A DNA stretch of 64,000 nt from Felis catus (GCF_018350175.1 NC_058368.1:40798001-40862000); one strand, 5' to 3'; positions 39,986 through 53,904 are shown, counted from the first letter of the stretch. Numbers and translations are program-made. Notes: generated from the sequence alone by a model not told the origin.

Positions 39986-40204
39986 GGAGCACCTGCATGG
40001 CTCTGTCGGTTAAGCCTCCGACTCTTGATTTTGGCTCAGGTCATGATCTCATGGTTTGTGACTTCAAGCCCCTGGACAGGCTCTGTGCTGACAGTGCAGA
40101 GCCTGCTTGGGATTCTCTCTCTCTCCCTCTGTCTCTCTGTTCCTCCCCCACTTCTGCACGCTTTCTCTCTCTCTCTCTCAAAATGAATAAATAAACTTAA
40201 AAAG
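39986..40204 (+). mobile_element. Can-SINE
   Basis: SINE body and tail. Confidence 0.92.
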
Positions 40205-41736
40205 GTATTAAGAAAATATGAAATTAAAAAAATTATTCTCTTCTAATAGTTTTTAAACTAAAATCTTATAATGAAATCCTACAGCTGCTTTTCCCAAACT
40301 ATGTTGGCCAAATTGCTTTCCCTAAACAAGAATTCTTAAAGAAATCACTCTTTTGATGAAGCCTAATCAACCAGAAGCCATCAATATCAAGCCTGTAGTT
40401 TAATAGGATCATATTAATTACTTGCTACAAGTGGCATATTTCAAATATACAGTACACTGTTGTTAAATATAGTCACCAGCTGTATAGTACATCTCCAGAA
40501 CTTATTTATTTTAACTAATTTAATTTTAAATTCATAAATTAATTCAACAAATATATTTTGAGTATCTAGTAGGTTATATTGAGAGGTTTTCAAATAATGG
40601 ATAATGTTGTTGACACACAAAAAAACCTTTATCTCTTTATTCCAGTTCAGTTCTTTTTTCAATTAGCTAAGCTACTTACTCTAACGATATGATTGCTTAA
40701 AGTACAGTAGGTCAAATTATATGTACCAATTTAGAAAATCCTAAAACTCAAGGAAATTTGGTAGAATTACTTCTAAACATGCATAGCAGATGTGATGTAA
40801 ATATGGATGTAATCATTCTCAAGTACTAGAACCTTTTTCACAGTCTTTGACTACAAAGTAGAAAACTATCACATACCATATGGTCTGTGTTATATCTATA
40901 TGGCAGCTTCTCTAATGTAAATTGTTCAAGGTCAGTCTTTCTGAAGCTCCCTAATGTAAAAAATCTAATATAGGCTGAACATTACCATATAAAAGCAGTG
41001 AGCATTGTTTGTATAAGACAACTGCAAAACAAAGTTCTAAATTCCAAGTGTGATTTCCGTAACATGTTCATCATTAGTATTAAAATGAATATTTACAAAA
41101 AATTTAAAAATTTCAGAACAGTGAAATTTAATCAAGAATCAGTTTCTGAATGACACTGGATTGATAATTATAATTTCTTCTATATCTATATTTAAAGCAA
41201 ACAGATCATTTCTCTTCTGTGCAGCATACTTATGCCAAAGTTGTGGTTAAACAATTCTCTTTTGTGTTTTGGAGATAAGCCTTATACAAAGGAAGGTTTT
41301 CACATCAACCTTGACCAGATGTGTTTCATTTCTACTTAGGACTTTAAAGTATATATACACTTGTATTTGGAGATGATTTAAATGTAATATGAGTGAATTT
41401 TGAAGTTTACCTTTTTAAAATTTTCCTTTAATCACTGGCCATGTCTTATATTAAATGTGTCTATGGTACAGTAAACAACTGATAATTTCTATAAAATTAT
41501 TGATAATATAGAAGTTACTTCTAAGTAAATAAGCAATCTGCTTAATGTCATGAAGAGAAAATGATGGATTGACTTAAACGCTCATTTAAAACAAGTAATT
41601 GTCTTGTTCTGTTATTGAAATACTATCTTATTTAAATCAGCATATAAAAAGAAAGAAAATGAGTTAAATATTTGTAGTAAAACAGCAATGATGCTGGTGG
41701 AATAAGTTATGGGGTAAGAACCAGCATCAAACTTAC

Positions 41737-42000
41737 CAGCACCCCTGGTTGTTAGAAGACAACAAAGTAATGCTTTAAATTTCTGCAGGAAAGGGCTTTT
41801 AAACTAGTGTTAACATTCAACTGTTTATCAACCTTGGAATCACAAGAAATCACAAACTTCACCTCTTACAAATATTTTAGGAAATTCTTTAGGCTGTACT
41901 TCATCAAAAATGAGATACTAAATCAAAGCAGTATAAGATATAGAATCCAAAATATATAATGTTTTTCCCAATAAAGACAGGAAGTCACATATTGACATCT
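41737..42000 (-). pseudogene. Relic exon (264 nt, phase 1-1)
   Basis: ttcttctttccccctgcag| ... ctg|gtaagt; ends KFKALLCCLLTTRGA-G, versus recalled RGS22 ENLLQSLYVENRAG. Confidence 0.55.
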
Positions 42001-42318
42001 CTGCAGGGGGAAAGAAGAACATTTGTTTCCAACTGGACTCGGGAAGGGACCCCAATAGATATATAACTCTGATGGGAAAAGAGTTGATATGAAACACTAT
42101 CCCCCAAATTAGGAACAAATGATTAAGATGACAAGAAGGAAAACAAAACAAAACAAAACAAAAAGGAAAGCAATCATGGCTAAAGATTACAAACATTTTG
42201 GCCAAAATATGAGTTTAAGAAACAAGGTGAACCAAGAGATAAATCAAATTAGAGAATTCAGAAACTTGTAAGTTGTGGGAAAATCTCAGATAATAAATAG
42301 TGCTTTTAAAAGCAATAA

Positions 42319-42538
42319 GGGGGCGCCTGGGTGGCTCAGTCGGTTAAGCATCCGACCTCACCTCAGGTCATGATCTCATGGTCTGTGAGTTCGAGCCCCG
42401 CATCGGGCTCTGTGCTGACAGCTCAGAGCCTGGAGCTGTTTCAGATTCTGTGTCTCCCTCTCTCTCTGACCCTCCCCCGTTCATGCTCTGTCTCTCCCTG
42501 TATCAAAATAAATAAACATTTAAAAATTTAAAAAAAAA
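42319..42538 (+). mobile_element. Can-SINE
   Basis: TSD aaaagcaat. Confidence 0.95.
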
Positions 42539-43109
42539 GCAATTAAGTGTTAAATTTGGGATGAAGGGATTAACAGGTCTTTTCTCCAGGCTCAGGGATG
42601 CCTGAGGACTTGCTTTTTATTCTAATCTTCCTTTAATCCTAACTTGGGATATTTATACCAGCATCGAGGGAACTACTCAGATTGCTATACATTGACTTCA
42701 CACTGTACCTTACTGTGAACATTTTTTTTTGCCTAATCTATAACCAATTAATAAATGGTAATTGATGACATGTAGCAGCACCAGAGAATAGGAACTTTCA
42801 TATACAGTTTTGGGTCCTACTTGACTAGAAAACTTTTTCAACTGAAGAGATCTCATAGTTGATGGTGTTTCTGTTTTAAGTTAATCATAATTCACCTGCC
42901 ATTGTGTCAGTGATCACATGTGTCCCAAAAGCTGTACAATCTGAGAACATCAGCAGCTACATCTGGAATCCATGAGGCTTTTGCTCTACTCTTGCTGTAC
43001 AGGCAGTATCACTTCTGTCTATTATTTGTTCTCAAAGTCAAGTAAACTTTAAACTCTGTTGGGGGAAACCTGAGGTATCAGTTCTCTTTTTCAAGAAGTA
43101 GATGCCCAG

Positions 43110-43345
43110 GAATGTAAATTGGTACAAACAGTATGGAAAACTATATGAAGCTTCCTCAAAAAATTCGAAAAAGAACTGCCATATGATCCAGAAATTTCCA
43201 CTTTTTGGTATTTATTTGAAGAAAACAAAAACACTAATTTGAAAAGATGTATACTACCATACTTACTGTGGCATTATTTACAATAGCCAGGATATAAAAA
43301 AAAAATCTAACTGTCCATCAATGGATGAATGAATAAAGAAGGCAT

Positions 43346-43387
<42 letters not shown>

Positions 43388-43750
43388 CATACAGATTCAG
43401 AGAACAAATTGCTATTTGCTGGAGGCAGGGGATGGGGATCACATACAATGGGTGAAGGGGGTTAAAGGTAAAACCTCTAGTAATAAAATAAATAAGTCAT
43501 GGGGATGAAATGTACAGTAGTGTAACCATAGATAATACGATATTGCATATTTAAAAGTTGCTAAGAGAGTAAATCTTAAAAGTCCTCATCACAAGAAGAA
43601 ATATTTTTGTAACTATGTATGGTGACAGATGTTAATTACACTTACTGTGGTCACCATTTTGCAATATATACAAATTACACATCATTATTTTGTACATCTG
43701 AAGCTAATTTAATGTTATATGTCAATTATACCTCCATAGGAAAAAAAAAG
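43110..43750 (+). mobile_element. L1MA/L1MB-type 3' end with (GATA)n
   Basis: gaatgtaaattggtaca…ttgctaagagagtaaatcttaaaag…tgtcaattatacctc. Confidence 0.85.
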
Positions 43751-44935
43751 CAAAGTGGCAGGTCAGATGCCAACATGAGATTACACGTGCAAGAGATGCA
43801 CTGGATGAACAAAACAGAAAAGTAATCTAGAGTCAGCCAGGACCGTCTTCCAATTTCCAGCTGTCTGGATCCAGTGGAGAGAATGAAGTAAAAAGGATTA
43901 GGTAGAAAGCTTCTCAGACTACAACCGTGTCTCCTAAGAAAGTTTCAGCCAGGTCATTGGGAGCATCCTAGGGCTAAAATTGCCTATTTAAAGAATTCTG
44001 CATCTTGTAGGAATGGTCCTGCATGGTACCACCACTTTGCTCATCATAGTACTTCCTTGTTCAGTGTTTGGTTAGGAGGAACCCATGGAAATGTGGCCTC
44101 AGCGCAAATGTGGGGATGGATACAGAATAGGAGTATATCAGCCATCCATTAATATGCTTTCCGTAGGAGCTATGAGAGTCTTATTTTCATCATCTTAACA
44201 GTCTACCACTTGTTGAGTAGGAGTGGTTGTAGTGACGTACACTACAGTTTCCAGGAGCAGTTCCTCCACGGGTTCCTTGGGCCTCTCCTCCTGAGAGGAA
44301 GCTTAGAAAAAGCAGGTCAGGGGAACAAACTATTTTGTTGCTGTTGATGTTAGGGCCATAACTAGTAGTCATCCTCTCCTTTGATTATCCATCTCAAATT
44401 TCCTTCACCTTCCTCTATTTCCTTGCATGTGTTGGTATATTACCCACTGATGTGACCCAAATGTATTCCTGTGCAATATGCGTCCTTGAAAATCACGCCT
44501 TTTCCAAGTTGAATTACTGTAAGGGTCCACTCAACAATCATGAGGCAAGGAATACTGGAGGTACCCAGTGGATTGCCTGAGTTCCACATATAGATTACCC
44601 TGACCTCTTCAGGCAAAAGCAATCCTACCTCCTCCTGCTGATTGTAGTCAATTACACTTAACTGTAATGTTGCCATTTCTACTAGTCTGATGGTCTCTGG
44701 ACATAAGGAGTTCAAAATGCTCAGGTGGCAGTTGTAGTTCAATGGAATGTGTACTGTGTACTGTGTCCTGTGGCAAGAATGGGCCATATTAGGGAAAACA
44801 CCTTCAACCCTGCAGAGCTCAGAGTTTCAGGAATGGGAAGCACAAAATACTCTTGTACATCGCTGAGAATAATGTCAAATGGGGCCACTCCTACTTCTAT
44901 CACTTGGTTTCCAGACCTATTTGGGACACAGAGAC

Positions 44936-44942
44936 TTTTGTT

Positions 44943-45001
<59 letters not shown>

Positions 45002-45130
45002 GAGAGAGCTTCCAAAGTGGAATCTGTGCTGACAGCAGACAGCCCTATGTGGGGCTTGAATTCACTAACCATGAGATCATGACCTGGGCTGAAGCTGGAT
45101 GCCTAACCGACTGAGCCACCCAGGCGCCCC
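44936..45130 (-). mobile_element. Can-SINE inside the ERVL relic
   Basis: TSD cagagactt. Confidence 0.9.
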
Positions 45131-45382
45131 TGCGATGCAGAGACTTCTGAGTTAAAGCATATTCTGCATCCTGAAGCATGGCAATTTATCCTTTTAAAGG
45201 ATTGCCTCTAAGCTAGTGTTTTGTCTTTGCTTTTTGAAGGGTGTTCCAGCCCTCTGTGAGACCAGCTATTTCTAAGTAGTACACTGGTGATACAGCAAGT
45301 GGATTCCCTGGTTATGCCTCCACACTCACACTTTTGCAATGAAGTGAGTCTTCTAGTTGCATGCATTATTGCCTGGAATCCT

Positions 45383-46210
45383 GCGGTAAGGATAGTTCTA
45401 GAGTGGTCCCCAAGATTCCCATCCCTTGATATGTATACACTGTATAACCCACTATATATCATTCTCTTTTTATGGCTGCCTATAAGCACTGCTGAACTTA
45501 TAATTTGATAGGTCTGGAAGACTATAGCTTATAATGAGGAATTTCAGATACTTGGTCACTTGTTGTTCCGTGGTCGAGTGTTCTACCTCTACCAAAGCTC
45601 AGTGACATACCATGAACTGTTTCTGAAAAGACATGTTAATCTCTGTTGGAGATTTTTTGTTCTTACTGGGAATGAGGATGGTTTCAGAGTTTAATTTGGC
45701 TTTACCCACTATGAGAGCTCTTTCTCCACAGGCCAAGGAATCAATGTAAGAGTTACTCCAACTGGCAAGTATATCCTCCCCTTTAGTGTGGGTGGCCCTA
45801 CCTAATCAGGTGAGCCTTTTAAAAAGAGGATCCAGAGATTAGATACAGAATAAGTCAGAGATATTTGAAGCTATAGAAGATTCTCTTCTATTGGCCTTAC
45901 AAAAGAAAATGTCATGTCATTAAGAGGCATGTGGCAAGAAATGGTAAGCAGCCAGTCAGAGCTGAGAGTTGTCCTCTGCTGACAGCCGGAGATCTCCATC
46001 CCACAACTACAAGGAACTGAATTGTACCAATGACCACATAAGCTTGACAAAGACCCTGAAGTGCTCCACGAAAGAATACAACCAACTTCTTAATTTTTAA
46101 GATTCTGAGCAGAGAATCCAGCTAACCTGTACTGGATTTCTGATCCACAGAAACTGAGAAATAATAAATGTATTTTGTTTTAATCCACCAAGTTTGTGAT
46201 AATTTGTAGT
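45383..46210 (+). mobile_element. MLT1 LTR nested in the ERVL relic
   Basis: ctagagtggtccccaagattccc…gctgagag…caaggaactga…ccaagtttgtgataatttgt. Confidence 0.7.
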
Positions 46211-48859
46211 GAAGCAATATAAAACCTGTATAGATTCCATACATGTGGGATAGAAATCTGTAAGCCCTCGTGCAGTAGTGTTGGCTAAGGCTCTGTAGGT
46301 GGGAAAGCCAACCCTATACCTGGAATATGTTTCAGTATAAATTCTGGCTCTTCAAGAAAAGTGAGATTTGGCACCAAGTTGCTTATACTTGAGGAATAGT
46401 GTAGTATTGCGGGCTCAGAATAGGTCTGTCTGGCAGGTTGGGCATTGCAAAGAGGTGGTAGCTAGATTAGCCTTGATAAGCACAAGTCCATGTCTCTGAG
46501 TCAATTCATAGCCTCAATTTCTGCCACTCACTGCACTAGCAGTCGATGTTAAGCAGGGTTTGATTGCTGAAATAGATTCACGAAATCCAAGATGAAATAC
46601 TTACAAATCTACAGTTTATCACCACAAACAGACATAATATATCAATGACAGCATTAAAGTAAGCAAATGCATTACAGCCAAAGTCTGTCTCACAGCCAGG
46701 GGTCCAGAGACATCAGGTGCAGGCTCCTATTGTAATCCATTTCTAAGGGCCATGGATGGATGCACTTTTTTTCTTGGATCAGGAACCACCAGTGCGTGCA
46801 TGGAACACCTTGGAATTAGGGAGCTCAAAAAGGGATCTTGGCTGGAGATTTTTATTTTTTATTTTTTGCTGGCCATGTAACATATTTCTGCTACATAACC
46901 AGCTTTAACAGCAGAGTCCTCCAGGGTCTCACAGAGACCAGGTGTGAATCATCAATCTCATTGTTATCAATAAACAGTGCTGACGAGCTGGAACAAATGG
47001 GCTGGAAACTCTTTAGACCCATGGTTATAAAGCAACACTATTAATCAGAATGTTTCATGCCTAGACTAAGGGTCATTGCCGTGCACAAACTTCAGCAAGA
47101 CAGTTCAAGCTAATTCCAAGCTTGCTATAATTAACCTTCACAACATAACCATTATTCCATTTGTGTCCCTATCATGGCACTCCCAAAATGGCACATGAAG
47201 TTTGGCTAACATCAGATGTCCAAGTCGTTTTATCTGCTTGGTTATCCCATACTATTTTCATGGTGGATGCTTTATGATGGGCATCAGCGTGTGACTCAAA
47301 TATCTTCACACTTGGGGTCCACGTCCATGTGCCATCCATCCATGTGCTGGTTCTGCTACCACACAAAGTAGATGGCCAGTTTCATTGTCAGCAGCTCTAC
47401 CCTTTGGGAAATATTTTCTTTCCACTTTCATTTGTAGCCACTCTGAACATGACTGTAATGCTGATAGCACCCATTTTCAGCTTGTACCAACATAGTGAGC
47501 CAAGTCAATTATAAATGAAGCCTGAGGATTGTTCTTTTTCCTTCAATTGAACATACAGGAACACGCATATAAACAAAAATGTGAGCTGTGAAAAGTTTGT
47601 GTAACTTAGTGCTGACATGAAAGTCTAGGCTACCCACTCATGCAAGCTTCTCAGTGTCCTCTTAGACTCCTTAAGCTCAATCTAGGGTAAACATTCCCAA
47701 ATTATGACCACCTATGGGACTCTGTAAAATTATAATGTGGTGGGTTCAGCAAAACACAGCTCATAATGGGAAGTTCCAGATGCATTGTTACTTGTTGCTC
47801 CATGGTTAGGTGTTCTGTCTCTATTAGGGTTCAGTGACATGCCAGGAGCTATTTCTCAAAAGGTGTATAATTCTCTGCTTCAGATGTTATGTTTTTTAAG
47901 GAGTGGGTAGTTTCAGAGTTTCATTTGGCTTTCCCAATGTGATAGCTCTCACTTCACCAAGGAATCAACATAGAAGTTACTCCAATTGGCCACTGTAGTA
48001 GTAGTTGGTGAGTAGAGAAATGGACAATAGGTGGGGCTATGGGCTCATTGAGCCCACCAAGAGCTAGCCTAGCCAGGGCCCCAGCCCCATTTACTATCTG
48101 TTCTCCCTAAGTCCCCATGCTAACAAGGTATCTATAACACAATTCGTGTCTCTGAGTAGCAGTGTCAACCAGAACTCATCCCCAATAGTCCTCAAAATAC
48201 CTATTTTGTGCCTAGTGTAGAATCTACTGAGTAAATGACTATAGCTACTTTTGGTGAGACTAGGAAAATCATTATAGTGTATAATTGCTATGTTGATAGG
48301 GTTTTTCCTTTCAGGGAGCTAACATCTTATGCCAATGAGTTCTGGATTCAAAATTGGCTCAGATGTGAGTACTGACTAAAGGACTGAATCTTGTCTTCAA
48401 TTCTTGCCTTTCCGCCTTTTACAGTTGGGTAGGTTAAGTAGCACTCCTTTTGCTGCCTATCAGTTTTTGTCTATAGGGACATTATGCTCTATTTAATGTC
48501 TTTATAACTTCTTGCCATTCAATATGTTTCAGCATCACTCAGTGTCCCTTTAGCACTAGTCGTGAAATTTGAGCACTGGTAAGTGGGCACTGAACATGAA
48601 GTTGACTGATTTAGTCACATAATTTTTCCTTTCTCATATAAAAATACATGGCTGAATCACAATGAACCACTTCTGAACTGGATGGAGATGATTAAGCATC
48701 ACCCATAGACAGTGGGATGAGAGGAACAGTGTAACAAAATGAGACTTGAGTTGAGCTTGCATAAGAGATGGAGATGTTGTCTTCTGTGTGAAGAAGTATA
48801 TAGGTTTGGTGACCAGAGTGAGAGACTGACCTACGGTTTGCTCCATTTTCTATATTGTA

Positions 48860-49428
48860 CAGTTACTGCCTAGAAGTGCCTTGCAAGACAGACACGCCAT
48901 TTCTGAGACTTCCTTGCATCTCACAATGGAAACTTTTTTGCCTGTGTTATGTGAATAACATCGGCAAATATTATTACTTCAGAGCCTGGATATAAGGAAT
49001 GATTGTGCTTTCTCTATCTCCGATCTCCCCCAGCTGTATGTAAACAGAGACAACACCTCAGGACAGGGATTCTCAAAAGTGTGCAGCAGCATCAGAAGTA
49101 TCTGGAAACATAGGTGAATCAAGTTCCCAGGCTTACTTCTGACTTTGTAAATAAGAAATACAGGGCTAAAAAGGGTCTGAGCAGTCAAAGCAATCTCTGT
49201 TTTAGTATGTCCTCTAGGCAATTCTGGGGTGCGGTACAATTTTATAACACGTTGGATAGATGCAAAGGTTGGAAGGAGACTAGATCCCTAAATTACCATG
49301 TAGAACAAAGCCCTTGTTATACGAAAGTACTGCTATGAACTGTGAGTTACAAAAGTTGCCCTTTTATATATGTTAGAAGTTTTCAGTCTGTTTGTTGCTG
49401 TGGTTTAACATTATTATAACTAATACAG
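48860..49428 (+). mobile_element. MLT1-like LTR interrupted by a MER5-like MITE (about 49064-49240)
   Basis: gacttccttgcatct…taactaataca; cagggattctcaaaagtgtgcagcagcatcag. Confidence 0.5.
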
Positions 49429-49976
49429 GTACAAAATAAAAGAATTGGTGATAATGAATTTCAAGTGCACTGTGAAGAATACAACTCAAGAATAAAAGAG
49501 GTGGGATGATAATGGAAGTGAGCTGAGATGCAACAAAAGAAGTGCTTTAGTTAGGAGAAATTTTAAAATTTGTATATCCTCACAGGAAAAGAATATCTGT
49601 ATTTTTAGTTTGACAATTATCTGGTGAAATAAAGGTGGTTTTGAAAGCACTCACCTTTCATGACATGGATAAAACTCTGTCATGGATCTACAGTAAGTCT
49701 GTTAATTTTTTTTTTTTAACTTAGCAGTATGTGTTCAAGATCATTTATGACCATATATGGACAACTAATTTGTTGCTTCCGATAAATAATATTTTATGGT
49801 ATGCATACATTCTATTTCACTTGTCTCTCTTCCCAGTAAAAGAATACAGATGGGCTACAAGATCCAAACATTGAAATACAGTAGAAATGAGAGGAAATAT
49901 AATAATATGTGAGAAAGGTGATAGTTATAGGAAGGGAGAAGTACACGTTTTAATCCTTTAACACTACAGATTTTGT

Positions 49977-50198
49977 GGGGGTGCCTGGGTGGCTCACTTG
50001 GTTAATCAACCGACTCCTGATTTCAGCTCAGGTCATGGTCTCTAGGTTTGTGATTTCGAGCCCCACATTGGGCTCCGCGCTGACAGCATGGAGCCTGCTT
50101 GGGATTGTCTGTCTCCCTCTCTCTACCCCTCTCCCTGCTTGTGCTCTCTCTCTCTCTCAAAATAAATAAGTATTAAAATTTTTTAATATAAATAAATA
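49977..50198 (+). mobile_element. Can-SINE
   Basis: TSD aactacagatttt/aactatagatttt. Confidence 0.93.
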
Positions 50199-50460
50199 AA
50201 ACTATAGATTTTGTTTTGTTGCATTTGATCTGCATAATTGATTGAACTATAAAATTTTATAAACCTATTGTATAGTAGATAACATATAAACCATAGCATC
50301 ATCATTTCACTTTGTAACTGGAGACCACATTATTATTTTGTGGATGAACACATTTCTTATTTTGTGGATGAACACATATTTCTAAGGTTTGGACCAATTC
50401 TAATTGAAAGCAAAATATTTATTGTAAATACCAGTTGACCAGTTCATGGTATTCTCTTAC

Positions 50461-50805
50461 TTGCCTATAAAATAATTTTTTCTTTTTCTTTCTTTCCTAT
50501 CAGCTAATACTTAAAATTTGGAAGGTTGCATGTGCAAGTTAGGTAGCATTTATTTTATTTCATGGAAAATATTTTAAAAGATTTATACCACTATATATAC
50601 ATATTATATGACAAAAAGGTAGGATTTCCCCTAAAATGTTAGGTAAAATGGGGAATTCTGAGATACACTTCATGCTTGTTGAAAGTGCCTTTAGGCTATA
50701 GGCCAAGAGTGAAGCAAACTTTTCTCCAGATTTAGAGATACTACCTTGATAAAATTTAAGATGCTCTGCCCTAGGGCATTCTGTCCTGCTATCCCCAGAC
50801 TCTTC
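50461..50805 (-). pseudogene. Possible relic exon
   Basis: gttttctttgaag| ... caa|gtaaga; SKSGEKFASL-W (after a frameshift) resembles the GE...W motif of RGS22/RGSL1. Confidence 0.35.
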
Positions 50806-51386
50806 CTTCAAAGAAAACAGCTAACTGTAGTCTAATCCTTCTGGCAACAGATGGTGAAGTGGTTTTAAGTATACCATTCATTTTTATTAAAAATGCGAAT
50901 TCTAAATATTGTGAATAAGAAAACAAAGCAAAATATATTTTACATGGTGTTTTTGATGAATTATTAATGTCAACTATTGTCTTTCAAAATTCTGCTATTG
51001 TGTTTAAAAGCACATGACAGGGAATTTATATTTCTGAGGAAACTCTTTATCCAGGGCTCACACTAATAGAAAACTGTATGTACCTCTTTCTTCAGTTGTT
51101 TAGCAACTGACATTTATATTCATTCAGAGATTTTTTTGTGTATTGGATGTCCAGTGGAACAGTTTTCAAACATATTGTGGGCTTTAATGTATTTTATCCC
51201 CCATTCGAAAATTTTCATGGTATTTTTTAACAAATTAGAAGTAAAAAATTACTTTGTTATTTTGCTTGCTATTTCATTAAAATAATACATTAATTTGTGT
51301 GGTATTGGCATTAATGTTACACTAGGTAATTACCTCTAATTTCATGGGAAATCTCTCATGTCTTTTTTTTTTTAATTGATAGATTT

Positions 51387-51388
<2 letters not shown>

Positions 51389-51432
<44 letters not shown>
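51389..51432. repeat. (GT)n microsatellite
   Basis: Directly visible. Confidence 0.95.
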
Positions 51433-51435
<3 letters not shown>

Positions 51436-52805
51436 TTTAGGATATTAACATCGTATAATTATTCCCAATTTATTTCTAAATTTTGAGTAATTTAGACTAC
51501 ACTATGCTTGAAGAAATGATTTTTTTTCTATATTTTGTATTTTGATTTTTTTTGGTAAATATGTCACTCACACAAAACAGTGACCATGCCTATTTGTCTA
51601 TATTAGATAATAATAATTCACTCCCAGTTACAAGTACCCACATTTAATCAAATAGAACAATACTTTGGATCATCTTATTTTCTTTCTGTCTCAACCATGC
51701 ATTTGAATAAAAGGCTTTCCAACAGTATTAAATAGTTATCATTTTAGTTAACCATGTTAGGTAGTTTTTTTCTGAACATACAATCTGTCATATAGCTAAA
51801 AATAAAATACATTTTCAAACATAGTTATTGCAGAGAAGCATATTTAAATTTAATCATATTCAGCATGTATCTTAATAAAGTGTCTTATCATCTCTAATGG
51901 CTTTGCAGTTGATTGCCTCTGATATTTTTGGTAGAAAGTCCTATTCATTTGCAAATAATTATCATTGTGTCACCAAATTTCTATTATTTCCTATTTTAAT
52001 ATCATATTTTATTGTTTTACTTTTCTAAGAGCAATGTTAAAATATTGATGACAGGTATCTTACTGCCTCTTTATATTATGAATAATGTTAAAAACGAGTG
52101 TAAGGGATAAAAGATGGAGAAAGAAAGCAAAAGACACAGAGAGAGAAGTGTTTGTGAAACAGACTTTTCAACACATCAAAATATATGTTCTCTTTTTTTA
52201 TTTAGCATAGTGAAATGTATGAACAACAGTCTTAGTGTTAACAAATCTATTATCCATGAATGAACCCACTTCTTAATAGAATGGCCATAACTCCTTTAGC
52301 ATGCGATAGCCTCTATGAGGTAATATCATGCTTAGAACTTTTGCATCAATATGTATAAATGAAATTAACGTGTGTAATACCACTGTGTGCTATCTCCATT
52401 TTGTTACTGTTTCAGGTAACGCTAACTCAGTAAGTGCCATTGGCAAGTTTCCTTCTCCTTATTACTTTGGAAAAGTTAAAATGGCATAGGTACTACCTAT
52501 CCCTGGAAGTATTTTTGGAAGCTTTCTTAATGTTTATAGTTATTAGTGTTCTTGGATACTTACAGTTTGTTCTTGAATTATTTCTCTATTTATATTTTCT
52601 CAAATAACTAAGATAATTAGAATGAAACCTTCACATTTTTTGAAGTGAATTATTTTGAAGTAAATTATCTCTTGAAGTTATTAAATTAATCTTATAAATG
52701 TGGTTATATGTCTTTCTCATTGTAATTTTTTGCCTATTTGTGGATATTTTCTTCATTAAATTTTTATGTATTTTATCATTACAAGCCAATAACTTTTAAA
52801 AGGAC

Positions 52806-53012
52806 TTTTTTAAATGTTTATTTATTATTGAGAGAGAATGACAGAGCATTTTGGGTGAGGGGCAGAGAGAGAGGGAGACACAGAATCCGAAGAAGGCTCC
52901 AGGCTCCGAGCTGTCAGCACAGAGCCTGATGCGGGGCTCGAACTCACGAACCGTGAGATCACGACCTGAGCCGAAGTTGGACGCTTAACTGACTGAGCCA
53001 CCCAGGTGCCCC
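52806..53012 (-). mobile_element. Can-SINE
   Basis: TSD ccaataacttttaaa. Confidence 0.95.
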
Positions 53013-53274
53013 ACAAACCAATAACTTTTAAATTATTTTGTCAAAATAACAGTTTTCTAGTTAATCATTTTTGTGTTTATATTTAATAATTCCCTATTCC
53101 TATGATATTTGGTTTCCATTAGAGTTATTTTTACTACTGAAATTTAAGTTTAATTCATTTTTATTATATTGGTGCTACAGACTAATTAAAACAATTGATT
53201 ATTATATCTTTTATTATAAGCATATCTGAACTTATCCAAATGTTTATGATATGCTTTGCTTTCTATAATAAAAC

Positions 53275-53710
53275 AATTCCAGTTTTATTGAGATATAATT
53301 GATATGTAACACATTGTTTGAAGGTGTATAACAATGATTTGATATATGTATCTATTACACAATGATCACCACAATGAATTTAGTTTATCTATCACCTCAT
53401 ATAGTTATAATATTTTTGTGTGTAATGAGAACTTTCAGATCCACTCTCTTCACAGTTTTTCAGTATACAATACAGCATTGTCACCATGCTATATATTATA
53501 TCCAAAGAATTTATTTGTCTTTTAACTAGAGTTTATACCTTTTGATCATCCTCACCCATTTCCCTCACCTTCTGCTTCTGATAACCATCAATTGTTCTGT
53601 TTCTATGAGTTTTTTCTTCTTTGATTCTACATATGAGATCACATGGCATTAGTCTTTCTCTGTCTGACTTATTTCACTTAACATAATGCCCTCAAGGTCC
53701 ATCCGTGAAT
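53275..53710 (-). mobile_element. L1M 3' end
   Basis: ttccagttttattgagatataattga…cttatttcacttaacataatgccctcaaggtccatcc. Confidence 0.85.
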
Positions 53711-53904
53711 GTAGAATAATCAAAGATTTTGCTTACTTACCACAATTTACACAGGCAAATTTTATTTATTGCATTTTATTCATGGGTATAGTTCCTTATT
53801 AAATTTCCTATAATCAGCTATTATGAGAAGTAATAATAAATACATATTTAACTGTATTATGAATTATGTATTTCTTCTTAAACAGTCAAATGTTTCTGAA
53901 ATAT

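Larger units (their letters stand above)
43755..48620 (-). mobile_element. Ancient ERVL (class III) relic, LTR plus internal pol region, with nested insertions
   Basis: dUTPase-like VIDYNQQEEVGLLL…YMWNSGNPLG (44440-44787) and RNase H-like KIFESHADAH…NQADKTT (47172-47366); LTR16-like sequence at about 43755-44215. Confidence 0.8.
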
